Positions 1-10,348 of a stretch of DNA of 64,000 nucleotides are shown one piece after another. Below the pieces are notes generated by a model that saw only the letters and a list, made by a program, of their open reading frames with translations, searched no databases and was not told where the DNA came from. The position numbers and the translations under genes were made by a program. The stretch spans positions 1,216,001 through 1,280,000 of the forward strand of contig OZ241993.1 in the NCBI GenBank assembly GCA_965204575.1, written 5' to 3'. Source of the stretch: an uncultured candidatus Porisulfidus sp. (lineage in GTDB: Bacteria; Pseudomonadota; Gammaproteobacteria; Poriferisulfidales; Poriferisulfidaceae). Position 1 is the first letter of the stretch; every line of letters starts with the position of its first letter.

Positions 1-330
1 AAGCGGGCCGGGCAGCCGCTGCCTTGTGCGGAGGAAAGTCCGGGCTCCACGGGACGGGATGCCAGGTAACGCCTGGGGGGCGCAAGCCCACGGCCAGTGC
101 CACAGAAAAGATACCGCCGGACTCGTCCGGTAAGGGTGAAAAGGTGCGGTAAGAGCGCACCGCGCGGCTGGCAACAGACGCGGCAGGGTAAACCCCATCC
201 GGAGCAAGACCCAATAGGGGGGCGATCATGATGTCCTGCATGGCTCCCGGGTAGGTCGCTAGAGCGGGGCGGCGACGCCTCGCCCAGATGAATGGCTGCC
301 CTCGACAGAACCCGGCTTACAGGCCCGCTT
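1..330 (+). ncRNA. rnpB: RNase P RNA, bacterial type A (5' end at or just before the window edge)
   Basis: Conserved GAGGAAAGTCCGGGCTCC, AGTGCCACAGAAAA, GGTAAACCCC and ACAGAACCCGGCTTA motifs; P1 pairing of AAGCGGGCC (1-9) with GGCCCGCTT (322-330); usual position upstream of mraZ. Confidence 0.97.
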
Positions 331-534
331 CCCCCATCTCCCGGCTTTTCATGCAGTTGGGACGCCAATCGAAAGTTTTTCCATGCCGGCCCCGGCGGGC
401 ATAAAGTGGGAATTTCCGCCTGGAATCCGCCCTGGCCCGCGCTCGATATTTCAGAAAATTGACGGATAATGAACCAATAAAATATTTATATTACATACAC
501 TTGTCTCATAACCCTTAACTCTTTCAAGGCATGG

Positions 535-588
535 TTGACTTGTATCTTTGGGATGGAATAAAATGGAAATAACTAGAAATTAGTGGAA
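535..588 (+). promoter_or_regulatory. dcw sigma70 promoter overlapped by putative MraZ direct-repeat boxes
   Basis: TTGACT (535-540), 18-nt spacer, TAAAAT (559-564); pentamers TGGAA/TGGAA/TAGAA/TGGAA at 554, 564, 574 and 584 with an exact 10-bp period. Confidence 0.65.
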
Positions 589-615
589 GAATCCACTTCT
601 GGGAGGGCCGGGGCA

Positions 616-1065
616 ATGTTCAGGGGATCCTGTTTGCTGACCGTCGACGACAAGGGCCGCATCGCGGTTCCCTCCCGGTTTCGTGAACCCCTGACCCGGC
701 AAAGCGACGGCCACGTGGTCGCGACCATGTACCACGACCGCGGCATCGCGATCTACCCGCTGCCGGTGTGGGAGGAACTGGAGCAACGCCTCCAGGACCT
801 GCCGAGCGGGGACCCCGCCAACCGCGTCCTGCAGGAAATGATCCTCGGGCATGCCGACGAACGGCAGCTCGACGGCCAGGGCCGGTTGCTGCTGGCGCCC
901 AGCCTGCGCCGCTACGCCAAGCTCGACCGCGACGCGGAACTGATGGGACAGGGGCACAAGCTGGTGCTGTGGTCGACGCAGACCGAAGAGCAGCGCTACG
1001 ACAACTGGGCGCAGATCCTGAACGATCCCGAGCGCGCCCAGACCGTGACCAAGCTCAAACTCTGA
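616..1065 (+). CDS. mraZ: Transcriptional regulator MraZ
   Basis: MFRG start; DDKGRIAVP and DGQGRLLL AbrB-like repeats; first gene of the dcw cluster. Confidence 0.95.
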   Translation: MFRGSCLLTVDDKGRIAVPSRFREPLTRQSDGHVVATMYHDRGIAIYPLPVWEELEQRLQDLPSGDPANRVLQEMILGHADERQLDGQGRLLLAPSLRRYAKLDRDAELMGQGHKLVLWSTQTEEQRYDNWAQILNDPERAQTVTKLKL

Positions 1066-1997
1066 TGGCGGCAGGGCAGACGCATGAACCGGTCCTTCTG
1101 CGCGAAACCCTGGTCAGACTCGCCATCCGTCCCGACGGGCTATACGTCGACGCCACTTACGGCCGCGGCGGACACGCCCGCGGAATCTTCTCGCAACTCG
1201 GCCCTGGTGGCCGGCTATGGCTTGTGGACCGAGACCCCGGAGCCTGCGCCCACGCCCGCCGCGCGTTCGGAGGCGACCCGAGAGTGACCGTGGTGCAGGA
1301 CGCATTCGCGACCCTGCCCGAGCGTCTCGCCCAGGCCGGCCTGCAGCGCCAGGTCGACGGGTTGCTGCTGGACCTCGGCGTCTCCTCGGCACAACTGGAT
1401 TCTCCGGAACGCGGCTTCAGCTTCCGCGAGGACGGCCCGCTCGACATGCGCATGAGCGGTGACGGACGCACCGCCGCGCAGTGGCTTGCACAGGCCGCGG
1501 AAAACGAGATCTCGAGTGTCCTATCCGAATTCGGCGAGGAGCGCTACGCCCGGCGCATCGCCCGCGCCATCGTCGAGACCCGCGAACACACTCCCCTGAC
1601 CCACACCCGCCCGTTGGCGCAACTGATCGAACGCACGGTGCCGAAGGCCGAGGCGCGCCTGCATCCGGCCACCCGCAGCTTCCAGGCGATTCGCATCTTC
1701 ATCAACCGCGAGCTCGAGCAGCTGGAAACCCTGCTCGGGCAGGCCGCCGCGCTGCTGGCGGGCGAGGCGCGGCTCGCGGTGATCAGTTTCCATTCGCTGG
1801 AGGACCGCATCGTCAAGCGCTTCCTGCGCGCGGCCAGCCAGCCGCCGCCGGTCGGCCGGCACCGCCCGCCCCCGCCGTTCGAGCCCGTGCTGGAGGTGTT
1901 CGAGCTGGTTCGCCCGGCTCCCGACGAAATCGACCGCAACCCGCGCGCCCGCTCGGCCCGGCTGCGCACCGCCCGGAGGCTGCCATGCGCGGCATGA
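1065..1997 (+). CDS. rsmH: 16S rRNA m4C1402 methyltransferase
   Basis: HEPVLL, DATYGRGGH, DLGVSSAQLD, GPLDMRM, FHSLEDR and NPRARSA motifs. Confidence 0.97.
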   Translation: MAAGQTHEPVLLRETLVRLAIRPDGLYVDATYGRGGHARGIFSQLGPGGRLWLVDRDPGACAHARRAFGGDPRVTVVQDAFATLPERLAQAGLQRQVDGLLLDLGVSSAQLDSPERGFSFREDGPLDMRMSGDGRTAAQWLAQAAENEISSVLSEFGEERYARRIARAIVETREHTPLTHTRPLAQLIERTVPKAEARLHPATRSFQAIRIFINRELEQLETLLGQAAALLAGEARLAVISFHSLEDRIVKRFLRAASQPPPVGRHRPPPPFEPVLEVFELVRPAPDEIDRNPRARSARLRTARRLPCAA

Positions 1998-2251
1998 TCC
2001 TGTGGGGACTGCTTCTGTTCGCCAACCTCACGGTGGCGATCGGCGTGGTGTACGTCAAGCACTCGAACCAGGCCGCGTTCAAGCAGATCCAGGAACAGCG
2101 CGAGGCTTACCACCGCCTGCAGACGGACTGGGGGCGGCTGCTGCTTGAGCAGGGCACCCTGGCCGCCTACGCGCGCGTGGAAAAGGAAGCGTCGCAACGC
2201 CTGCGCATGCGCCGGCCCGACCCGTCGAAGGTCAACTTGCTGAGCCCATGA
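1994..2251 (+). CDS. ftsL: Cell division protein FtsL
   Basis: Short TM segment plus coiled coil (WGRLLLEQGTL, RVEKEASQRLRM) between rsmH and ftsI; ATGA overlap (alternative start 1985). Confidence 0.9.
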   Translation: MILWGLLLFANLTVAIGVVYVKHSNQAAFKQIQEQREAYHRLQTDWGRLLLEQGTLAAYARVEKEASQRLRMRRPDPSKVNLLSP

Positions 2252-3948
2252 AGGTTGCCCGCCGCGTTTCCTACAACTGGCGCCGCCGCCTGGTGCTGAG
2301 CCTGTTCCTGCTGGTCGGAATCGGCCTGGTCGGCCGTGCCGTCCAGTTGCAGTACGCCGAACAGGAATTCCTGACCGCGCAGGGCGAAAGCCGGCAGTTG
2401 CGGACGGTGCCGATCCCGGCATCCCGCGGCATGCTGCTCGACCGGCACGGCGAACCGCTCGCGATCAGCACCCCGGTGCAGTCGGTCTGGGCCGAGCCCA
2501 AGCCGCTGCTCGAGGCGCAGGGCCGGTGGCCTGAACTGGCCCGGCTGCTGAACCTGTCTCGGCCGAAGCTGAAGCGGCTGGTGTTCGACCGGCAGGACCG
2601 GAAGTTCGTCTACCTGCGCCGGCAGATCACGCCGGACCAGGCGGAGCAGGTGACCGCGCTGCAGATCCCGGGTGTCGGCCTGGTCACGGAATACCGCCGC
2701 TACTACCCGGCGGGCGCGGTCGCGGCGCAGCTGCTCGGCGGGACCGACATCGACGACAAGGGACAAGAGGGACTCGAGCTCGCGTTCGATTCTCGCCTGC
2801 GCGCACACCCGGGCGCGCGCCAGGTGCGGCAGGACCGCCACGGCCGGATCATCGACGACCTGGCCCAGCTGCGTGCGCCGAAGCACGGCGAGAACCTGCG
2901 TCTCGGGATCGACCTCTGGCTGCAATACCACGCTTACCAGGAACTGCAGCGTGCCGTGCTCAAGCATCGCGCACAGAGTGGCACCGTGGTGGTCCTGGAC
3001 GTGGTCACCGGCGAAGTGCTGGCCATGGCCCAGGCGCCTTCGTACAACCCCAACGGGGATCGGTCCGCCGATCCCGACCGGCGCCGCAACCGCGCCGTCA
3101 CCGACCTCTACGAACCGGGTTCGGTGATGAAGCCGTTCACGGTCCTGACTGCGCTGGCGAGCGGGGTCTACGGCGCGAACGACCGGATCGACACCACGCC
3201 CGGCCACTGGCGCATCGGCGGGCACCGGATCAGCGACATCCGGAATTTCGGAGAACTCGACCTCCGCGGCGTCCTGGTCAAGTCCAGCAACGTGGCGGCG
3301 GCCCGCATCGCATTGGACCTGCCCGGCGACAGCCTGTGGGAGACGTTCGACCGGGTCGGTTTCGGGCAGCCGCTTCGGATCGGTTATCCCGGCGAGGCGG
3401 TCGGCATTCTGCGCGAGCCGGACCAGTGGGTGCGCACCGACCAGGCCAGCCTCGGCTACGGCTACGGCCTGTCCGCGACGCCGCTGCACATCGCGCAGGC
3501 GTACATGGTGCTCGGCAACCGCGGCGTGCGCCACCCGATCAGTTTCCTGGCTCACCCCCAGGCCGACGGCGAGCGCATGCTCCCGCGCGAGTACTGCGAT
3601 GCGGTGCTGCGCATGATGCAGGGTGTGACCGGGCCCGAAGGGACCGCCCGGCGGGTGCGATTGCCGGGCTACACCGTGGCGGCCAAGACCGGCACGGTGC
3701 GCAAGATGGTCGATGGCGCCTACTCGGCTCGGCACCACGTTGCGATGGTTGCCGGGGTCGTGCCGGCGCGGCATCCCCGCCTGGCGATCCTGGTGCTGGT
3801 GGACACCCCCCGCGACGGGAAGTATTTCGGTGGCGAGGTGGCCGGGCCGGTGTTCCGGGAGGTGGCGCGCGAGGCGCTGCGCCTGCTGAACGTGCCGCCG
3901 GACGACCGGGAATTGATGATCCAGGCTTCGCCGGGAGGGACCGGATGA
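2248..3948 (+). CDS. ftsI: Penicillin-binding protein 3
   Basis: RGMLLDR, YEPGSVMK (SxxK), KSSN and KTGT motifs. Confidence 0.96.
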   Translation: MKVARRVSYNWRRRLVLSLFLLVGIGLVGRAVQLQYAEQEFLTAQGESRQLRTVPIPASRGMLLDRHGEPLAISTPVQSVWAEPKPLLEAQGRWPELARLLNLSRPKLKRLVFDRQDRKFVYLRRQITPDQAEQVTALQIPGVGLVTEYRRYYPAGAVAAQLLGGTDIDDKGQEGLELAFDSRLRAHPGARQVRQDRHGRIIDDLAQLRAPKHGENLRLGIDLWLQYHAYQELQRAVLKHRAQSGTVVVLDVVTGEVLAMAQAPSYNPNGDRSADPDRRRNRAVTDLYEPGSVMKPFTVLTALASGVYGANDRIDTTPGHWRIGGHRISDIRNFGELDLRGVLVKSSNVAAARIALDLPGDSLWETFDRVGFGQPLRIGYPGEAVGILREPDQWVRTDQASLGYGYGLSATPLHIAQAYMVLGNRGVRHPISFLAHPQADGERMLPREYCDAVLRMMQGVTGPEGTARRVRLPGYTVAAKTGTVRKMVDGAYSARHHVAMVAGVVPARHPRLAILVLVDTPRDGKYFGGEVAGPVFREVAREALRLLNVPPDDRELMIQASPGGTG

Positions 3949-5411
3949 GCCTGCAGGCATCGCTGTCGGATTTGCTTGAAGGGTTTGCCCCCATTCCCCG
4001 GGATTGCTCGATCGCCGGCATTCAGTGCCGTAGCGCGGAGATCCGTCCCGGGGATCTTTTTGCGGCCTGCCGGGGAACCCGACGGCATGGCCTCGAGGGG
4101 CTACCCGAGGCGCTCGGGAAGGGCGCGGCGGCGGTGATCTACGAACCGGACCCGGATCAGCCACAACCCTGGGCGGCCGTCCCGTGCGTGGCGGTGCCGG
4201 ACCTGTCCCGCTCGCTCAGCGCGATCGCCGGGCGCTTCTACCGCGACCCTTCGGCACAGTTGCCGGTCATCGGCATCACCGGCACCGACGGCAAGACCTC
4301 CACCAGCCACCTGATCGCGCAGATCCTGGGCGCACTGGAACAGTCCTGCGGCGTCATCGGGACCTTGGGCGCCGGTCGGCTGACCGCCCTGCACGCGACC
4401 GGCCACACCACGCCGGATGCCGTGCGGTTGCAGGCGGAACTCTTCGACATGGCGCAGCGCGGCGATACGGTCGCCGTACTGGAGGTGTCGTCGCATGCCC
4501 TAGACCAGTACCGCTGCGATGCGGTGCACTTCGAGACGGCGGTGTTCACCACGCTGGGGCGCGACCATCTCGACTACCACCAGACCCCGGAGCGGTATGC
4601 CGCGGCCAAGCGGCGCCTGTTCACGGAACTCAAGCCGGAACGTGCGGTCATCAATATTGATGACCCGTTCGGGCACGAACTCGCCGAACAGATGGAATCG
4701 AAGGCGCGAGTCCATACCTGCGCGATGGACGCGCCGGCGGAGTCGACCGCGCGCGTGACCGGGCTGACGGCGGAGGGCCTGTCGTTCGAGTGGACGGCAG
4801 GCGGCGAAACCCATGCGGTGCAGGTGCCGGGACTGTACGGCCGTTTCAACGTGATGAACCTGCTGCTGTCGGCGACCGCCGTGCAGGCGCGGGGCGTGCC
4901 GATGGCGAAGGTGGCGGCAGCGATGGAAGGCCTGTCGCCGGTGCCGGGCCGGCTGGAGCGCGTGACCCGGGCGCCGGGCCCGGTATTCGTCGATTACGCG
5001 CACACGCCCGATGCGCTGGAGGCGGCGCTTTGCGCGTTGCGCGAACATTTCGGGGCGGACATCCACTGCGTGTTCGGTTGCGGCGGCGACCGCGACCGCG
5101 GCAAGCGCCCGCGCATGGGCGAAGTGGCGCAGCGACTGGCCGCCCGGGCGACCCTGACCGACGACAACCCGCGCAGCGAGGCGCCCGAGCGGATCGTCGA
5201 GGACATCCTGAAAGGCATCCCGAAATCCGCGTCCGTCGCGGTGCGGCATGACCGCGCGGAGGCGATCCGCCGGGCGGTTCGGGAAGCGGCCCCCGGCGAG
5301 GTGGTGCTGATTGCCGGCAAGGGTCACGAGTCCGAACAGGTCGCGGCCGGGAAAACGCGGCCGTTTTCCGATCACGCCGCCGTGCACGCGGCGTTGGAGG
5401 CCGGCGCATGA
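3945..5411 (+). CDS. murE: UDP-MurNAc-dipeptide:meso-DAP ligase
   Basis: GITGTDGKTS, EVSSH, VDYAHTPD, DNPR (mDAP specificity) and AGKGHE motifs. Confidence 0.96.
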   Translation: MSLQASLSDLLEGFAPIPRDCSIAGIQCRSAEIRPGDLFAACRGTRRHGLEGLPEALGKGAAAVIYEPDPDQPQPWAAVPCVAVPDLSRSLSAIAGRFYRDPSAQLPVIGITGTDGKTSTSHLIAQILGALEQSCGVIGTLGAGRLTALHATGHTTPDAVRLQAELFDMAQRGDTVAVLEVSSHALDQYRCDAVHFETAVFTTLGRDHLDYHQTPERYAAAKRRLFTELKPERAVINIDDPFGHELAEQMESKARVHTCAMDAPAESTARVTGLTAEGLSFEWTAGGETHAVQVPGLYGRFNVMNLLLSATAVQARGVPMAKVAAAMEGLSPVPGRLERVTRAPGPVFVDYAHTPDALEAALCALREHFGADIHCVFGCGGDRDRGKRPRMGEVAQRLAARATLTDDNPRSEAPERIVEDILKGIPKSASVAVRHDRAEAIRRAVREAAPGEVVLIAGKGHESEQVAAGKTRPFSDHAAVHAALEAGA

Positions 5412-6763
5412 AGACGATGCGTCTGGCGCAACTGGCGGCCTGGGCCGACGGCGAACTCAAGGGCGCGGATGCGCCCGTCGAGGGGGTTGGCACGGACAGC
5501 CGGACCCTGAAGGACGGGGAACTGTTCGTGGCCCTGAAGGGCGAGAACTTCGACGGGCACGATTTCGCCGCACGGTGCGAAGACCGCGCGGCGGGGGCGA
5601 TGGTGGCGCGCGAACTTGCCATGGATTGCCCGCAGATCGTGGTCCCGAACACGCTCACGGCGCTGCAGCGGGTCGCCGCTCAATGGCGCGCCGAGCATCG
5701 CGTCGCAGTGGCGGGCATCACCGGCAGCAACGGCAAGACCACGACCAAGGAGATGACGGCCGCGATTTTGAGCAGCGAGGAACGCACGCTGGCGTCGAGG
5801 GGCAACCTGAACAACCATATCGGCGTGCCGCTGACCCTGCTGGGCCTGGACGACAGCCACCGCTACGCGGTAATCGAAATGGGCGCCAACCATCCGGGCG
5901 AGATTCGGCAGTTGACGGCGCTGGCGCGGCCGCAGGCGGCCACCATCACCTGTGCCGCGCAGGCACACCTGGAAGGGTTCGGCAGCCTGCAGGGCGTGGC
6001 CCGTGCGAAGGCCGAGATCTTCGAAGGCCTGGGGCCGGAGGGCGTCGCGGTGATCAACGCCGAGGACGGGTTCGCGTTCCAGTGGCGGACCGCCGCCGCC
6101 CCGCACGAGGTGCTGACGTTCGCGGCGGACCTGAACGTGCAGGCGGACGTCTACGCACATCCCTGCGCCCCGTCGCGGCTTGAGTTCCGCCACAGCGGCG
6201 AGAACGTCGAGGTCGAGTGGACATTGGCCGGCATACACAACGCGCGCAACGCGGCTTGCTCGGTGGCGTTGGCGGTGGCGCTGGGCGTGCCGTTCCAGCG
6301 GGCGGCGCGGGCGCTATCGGGTTTCCAGCTTGAGGTCGGCGGCCGGCTGCGGTTGGTCGAGGGTTACGGCGGCGCGCAATTGATCGACGACAGCTACAAC
6401 GCCAATCCCGGGTCTTTCCATGCGGCCATCGACGTGCTGGTGGCGCAGGGGAGGGAGTCGTGGATGGTCATGGGCGAGATGAAGGAACTCGGCCTGTACA
6501 GCGCGGAGTGCCACGAGGAGGTGGCCGACTACGCGCGCAAATCCGGCGTGCGCCGTCTCTACGTGCTGGGCCCGCACGCCGCGCGTGCCGCCCGTGCATT
6601 CGGTCCGGGCGGGCAGGCCTGCACGGACGTGGAGGCACTGTCGGGCGAGTTGCGGGCGCAGCTCGGTTCCCGGCATGCGGTGCTGGTCAAAGGCTCGCGC
6701 GCGGCGCGACTGGAGCGCCTGGTGGCGCGGCTCATGCCGGGGGAAGAAGCCAATGCTGCTTGA
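5408..6763 (+). CDS. murF: UDP-MurNAc-tripeptide:D-Ala-D-Ala ligase
   Basis: [24 protein letters not shown] and LVKGSR motifs. Confidence 0.96.
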   Translation: MKTMRLAQLAAWADGELKGADAPVEGVGTDSRTLKDGELFVALKGENFDGHDFAARCEDRAAGAMVARELAMDCPQIVVPNTLTALQRVAAQWRAEHRVAVAGITGSNGKTTTKEMTAAILSSEERTLASRGNLNNHIGVPLTLLGLDDSHRYAVIEMGANHPGEIRQLTALARPQAATITCAAQAHLEGFGSLQGVARAKAEIFEGLGPEGVAVINAEDGFAFQWRTAAAPHEVLTFAADLNVQADVYAHPCAPSRLEFRHSGENVEVEWTLAGIHNARNAACSVALAVALGVPFQRAARALSGFQLEVGGRLRLVEGYGGAQLIDDSYNANPGSFHAAIDVLVAQGRESWMVMGEMKELGLYSAECHEEVADYARKSGVRRLYVLGPHAARAARAFGPGGQACTDVEALSGELRAQLGSRHAVLVKGSRAARLERLVARLMPGEEANAA

Positions 6764-7829
6764 ACTCTTCGCTTCCCTCGAACGGTTCGATCCCGGTTTC
6801 GCACTGTTCCAGTACCTGACGGTCCGCGGCATCCTGGCGCTGCTGACGGCCCTCGGCATCGCGCTGTTGATCGGTCCGGCAGTCATCCGCTGGCTGCGCG
6901 CGCGGGACATCGGCGAGACAGTGCGCGACGACGGGCCGGCCTCGCATCGGTCCAAGGGCGGCACGCCGACCATGGGCGGGGTGCTGATTATCCTGGCGTT
7001 GCTCGGCTCGGTGCTGCTGTGGGGGTCCTGGGGCAACCGCTACCTGTGGGTCCTGGTGGTCGTGACCGGGCTGTACGCGATGATCGGGATCCTCGACGAT
7101 TTCTGCAAGTTCCGAAACGGCCGCGGCATCACCGCGCGCCTGAAGTTTTCGCTGCAGGTGCTGGCCGGGGTCGGCATCGCCCTTGCGCTGTACGCCAGCG
7201 CGACCGACCCGGTGGAGACCCGCATGGTGCTTCCGATCATCAAGGAGTGGCAGTTCGATTTGGGCTGGGCGTTCGTGCCGCTGGCCGCATTCATGCTGGT
7301 CCTGATGAGCAACGCGGTCAACCTGACCGACGGCCTGGACGGGCTGGCCACCATGCCGTCGGTGCTGATCGCCGGCGGGCTTGGCGTATACGCCTACGCC
7401 TCCGGGCACATGGAGTTCGCCGAGTACCTCGGCATCGCACATGTCCCGCTGGCTGGCGAGATGATCGTGTACTGCGCCGCACTGGTCGGGGCGGGGCTTG
7501 GATTCCTTTGGTTCAACACCTATCCGGCGCAGGTTTTCATGGGTGACGTCGGCGCGCTCGCGATCGGTGCCGCGCTGGGCGCGGTGGCGGTCATGCTGCG
7601 CCAGGAAATCGTTTTGATCCTGATGGCCGGCGTGATGATGATGGAGACCCTGTCGGTGGTGTTGCAGGTGATCTCCTACCGGCTCACCGGCCGGCGCATC
7701 TTCGCCATGGCGCCGTTGCACCACCACTTCGAGTTGCGCGGCTGGCCGGAACCCCGTATCGCGGTCCGTTTCTGGATCATCACGGTGGTCCTGGTGTTGC
7801 TGGGGCTGGCCACCCTGAAAGTTCGGTAA
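6753..7829 (+). CDS. mraY: Phospho-N-acetylmuramoyl-pentapeptide transferase
   Basis: [26 protein letters not shown] and APLHHHFE motifs; multi-TM. Confidence 0.97.
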   Translation: MLLELFASLERFDPGFALFQYLTVRGILALLTALGIALLIGPAVIRWLRARDIGETVRDDGPASHRSKGGTPTMGGVLIILALLGSVLLWGSWGNRYLWVLVVVTGLYAMIGILDDFCKFRNGRGITARLKFSLQVLAGVGIALALYASATDPVETRMVLPIIKEWQFDLGWAFVPLAAFMLVLMSNAVNLTDGLDGLATMPSVLIAGGLGVYAYASGHMEFAEYLGIAHVPLAGEMIVYCAALVGAGLGFLWFNTYPAQVFMGDVGALAIGAALGAVAVMLRQEIVLILMAGVMMMETLSVVLQVISYRLTGRRIFAMAPLHHHFELRGWPEPRIAVRFWIITVVLVLLGLATLKVR

Positions 7830-7841
7830 AGGAGGGAAGCC

Positions 7842-9197
7842 ATGGATTCGACTACTACCCCCGTTACGATGCGAACCCTGGTCGTGGGCTTGGGCGTCAC
7901 CGGCCTGTCGGTGGCGCACTACCTGCATCGCCGCAACGAACCGTTCACGGTTTGGGACAGCGCGCCCAAGGAGCAGGCGCTGGCCCGGCTGCGGGAAGAC
8001 TGCCCGGAAGCGTCGGTGGTGTCCGGCGACCCGGACCTCAGGGAATTCGAGAGCGCGGACACCGTGATCGTGAGCCCCGGCGTTTCGCTCGACCACCCGG
8101 CGTTGCGCGCCGCGCGGGCAGGGGGCGCCCAAGTGTACGGGGACATCGAATTATTCGCCCACGAGGCGAATGCGCCGGTGCTCGGCATCACCGGCAGCAA
8201 CGGCAAGAGCACCACCACGCTGCTGGCGGCGCACCTGCTCAAGGAAGCGGACCTCGAGGCCGAGACCGGCGGCAACCTCGGCACGCCCGCGCTGTCGCTG
8301 CTGCGCGAACCGGCGCCGGATGCCTACGTGCTGGAACTGTCGAGCTTCCAGCTCGAAGCGACCGAGACCCTGCATTGCCGGGCCGCGGGCCTGCTCAATC
8401 TCAGCCCGGACCATATCGACCGCCACGGCAGCTTCGAGGCGTACCGCGAAATCAAGCACCGCCTCTACCGGCATGCCGAGGTGGCGGTGTTCAACCGCGA
8501 CGACTCCAACACCCGCCCCGGCATTACGGCCGGCCGGGCGGTCAGTTTCGGGCTCGACGTCCCGCAGCACGACGGCGATTTCGGCTTGCGCGAACATAAC
8601 GGGCAAACCTGGCTGTGCCAAGGCTGGAACCGGCTGCTGCCCTGTAGCGAGTTGCAGCTCGAGGGGCGGCACAACTGGGCCAATGCGCTGGCGGCGCTTG
8701 CCCTGGCGGAGGCGTTCGGCGTGCGCCCGGAGCGGGCGGCGCCCGGCCTGCGCTCATTCGAGGGCCTGCCGCACCGGTTGCAGCCGGTCGCGGAATTCAA
8801 CGGCATCCGCTGGGTCAACGATTCGAAGGCCACCAACCTGAGCGCCATGCAGGCGGCCCTGTCGGCGTTCGCGCGGCCCTGCGTGCTGATTGCCGGCGGG
8901 CAGGCCAAACAGGAGGATCTCAGACGCGCGACTCTCACGCTGTCGCGACACGTCCGCACGTTGGTGCTGTTCGGGGAATCGGCCCGGACCATGGCACAGG
9001 CCTGGGCCGACTGCGTGCCGGTCGTCCAGGCGGCCGATCTCGCCGAGGCGGTGCAACAGGCATCCGAACGGGCCGAGCCCGGCGATTGCGTGCTGCTGTC
9101 CCCCGGGTGCGCGAGCTACGACCAGTACTCGGGGTTCGAGGAACGCGGCGAGGATTTCATCGCCCGGGTGCGCGCCCTGCAGGAATCAGCCACATGA
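7842..9197 (+). CDS. murD: UDP-MurNAc-L-Ala:D-Glu ligase
   Basis: GLGVTG, SPG, GSNGKSTT, ELSSFQL, NDSKATN and LLSPGCAS motifs. Confidence 0.96.
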   Translation: MDSTTTPVTMRTLVVGLGVTGLSVAHYLHRRNEPFTVWDSAPKEQALARLREDCPEASVVSGDPDLREFESADTVIVSPGVSLDHPALRAARAGGAQVYGDIELFAHEANAPVLGITGSNGKSTTTLLAAHLLKEADLEAETGGNLGTPALSLLREPAPDAYVLELSSFQLEATETLHCRAAGLLNLSPDHIDRHGSFEAYREIKHRLYRHAEVAVFNRDDSNTRPGITAGRAVSFGLDVPQHDGDFGLREHNGQTWLCQGWNRLLPCSELQLEGRHNWANALAALALAEAFGVRPERAAPGLRSFEGLPHRLQPVAEFNGIRWVNDSKATNLSAMQAALSAFARPCVLIAGGQAKQEDLRRATLTLSRHVRTLVLFGESARTMAQAWADCVPVVQAADLAEAVQQASERAEPGDCVLLSPGCASYDQYSGFEERGEDFIARVRALQESAT

Positions 9198-10348
9198 ACG
9201 AACAACACTCGTCCTCGCCTGATTTGTACATCGCCGCCATGCTGCTGGCGATCGGGCTCGTGGCGATGACCTCCGCCTCGGTGGAGGTGTCGGCGAACCT
9301 GCACGGCGATGCGCTGTACTACTTCAAGCATCAGTCCCTGCTCATGGCGGTCGGCGTCCTGGGAGCGCTGGTCCTGGCCCGGATCCCGCTGTCCGTACAC
9401 CGCAAGCTGGCGCCCTGGTACGGGGTATTCTCCCTGGCGCTGCTGACCTTGGCATTGGTTCCGGGGCTCGGCCATACGGTCAACAACAGCACGCGCTGGC
9501 TGGATTTGGGCCCGGTGCGCTTCCAGCCGTCGGAACTGATCAAGCCGGCACTGGTCTTGTGGATGGCGGCGTATGTGGCGCAGCACGGAACGCTGCTGGA
9601 GACCCGTGTGCGGGGCATTCTGTTGCCGCTCGGCATCGTGGCCCTGACCGTCTTGCTGCTGCTGCTGGAACCGGATTTCGGGACCGCCTGCGTGATCGCG
9701 GTGACCGCGCTGTGCATGCTGTTTCTCTGCGGCGGCTACCTGCGCGCGCTGCTCGGCTGCGCAATCTGCGCCACGGTCGCGATGGGCGGGCTGGCGATCG
9801 CCGCACCGTACCGGCTGATGCGCATTCAGACCTTCCTGGATCCCTGGGCGGATCCGTTCAACAGCGGCTACCAGCTGACCCAGTCGCTGATCGCGATCGG
9901 CAGCGGGGGGATGTGGGGGCGCGGGCTCGGCGAGGGGGTGCAGAAGCATTTCTACCTGCCGGAGATGCACACCGACTTCGTGTTTGCCGTGGCGGCCGAG
10001 GAACTGGGCCTGATCGGGGCCGTGATCATCATCGTCCTGTTCGTGATGTTCCTCATGGCGGCATTTCGCATCGCCCGTCAGGCGCAGGCGAGGGAGCAGC
10101 ACTTCGCCGCCGCGGTCGCCTACGGGGTCGGCCTGTGGATCAGCCTGCAGGCTTTCGTCAACATTGCGGTGAACATGGGCGCGCTGCCGACCAAGGGGCT
10201 GACCCTGCCCCTGATGAGCGCAGGCGGCAGCTCGCTGCTTGCGACGCTTGCCGGTCTCGGCCTGCTGTGGCGCGCACGCTATGAGGCGGAGATCCTGCCG
10301 GGCCTGCCGGGCAGCGGCGCGAAAACCAGGCGCAGGAGGTCTGCGTGA
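9194..10348 (+). CDS. ftsW: SEDS peptidoglycan polymerase FtsW
   Basis: FQPSE, EPDFG, LPEMHTDF, EELG and LPTKGLTLPLMS motifs. Confidence 0.96.
   Translation: MNEQHSSSPDLYIAAMLLAIGLVAMTSASVEVSANLHGDALYYFKHQSLLMAVGVLGALVLARIPLSVHRKLAPWYGVFSLALLTLALVPGLGHTVNNSTRWLDLGPVRFQPSELIKPALVLWMAAYVAQHGTLLETRVRGILLPLGIVALTVLLLLLEPDFGTACVIAVTALCMLFLCGGYLRALLGCAICATVAMGGLAIAAPYRLMRIQTFLDPWADPFNSGYQLTQSLIAIGSGGMWGRGLGEGVQKHFYLPEMHTDFVFAVAAEELGLIGAVIIIVLFVMFLMAAFRIARQAQAREQHFAAAVAYGVGLWISLQAFVNIAVNMGALPTKGLTLPLMSAGGSSLLATLAGLGLLWRARYEAEILPGLPGSGAKTRRRRSA

Noticed and set aside
445-534. AT-rich stretch as possible dif or oriC
   Set aside because: No XerC/D consensus or DnaA-box cluster seen; consistent with the dcw promoter upstream region
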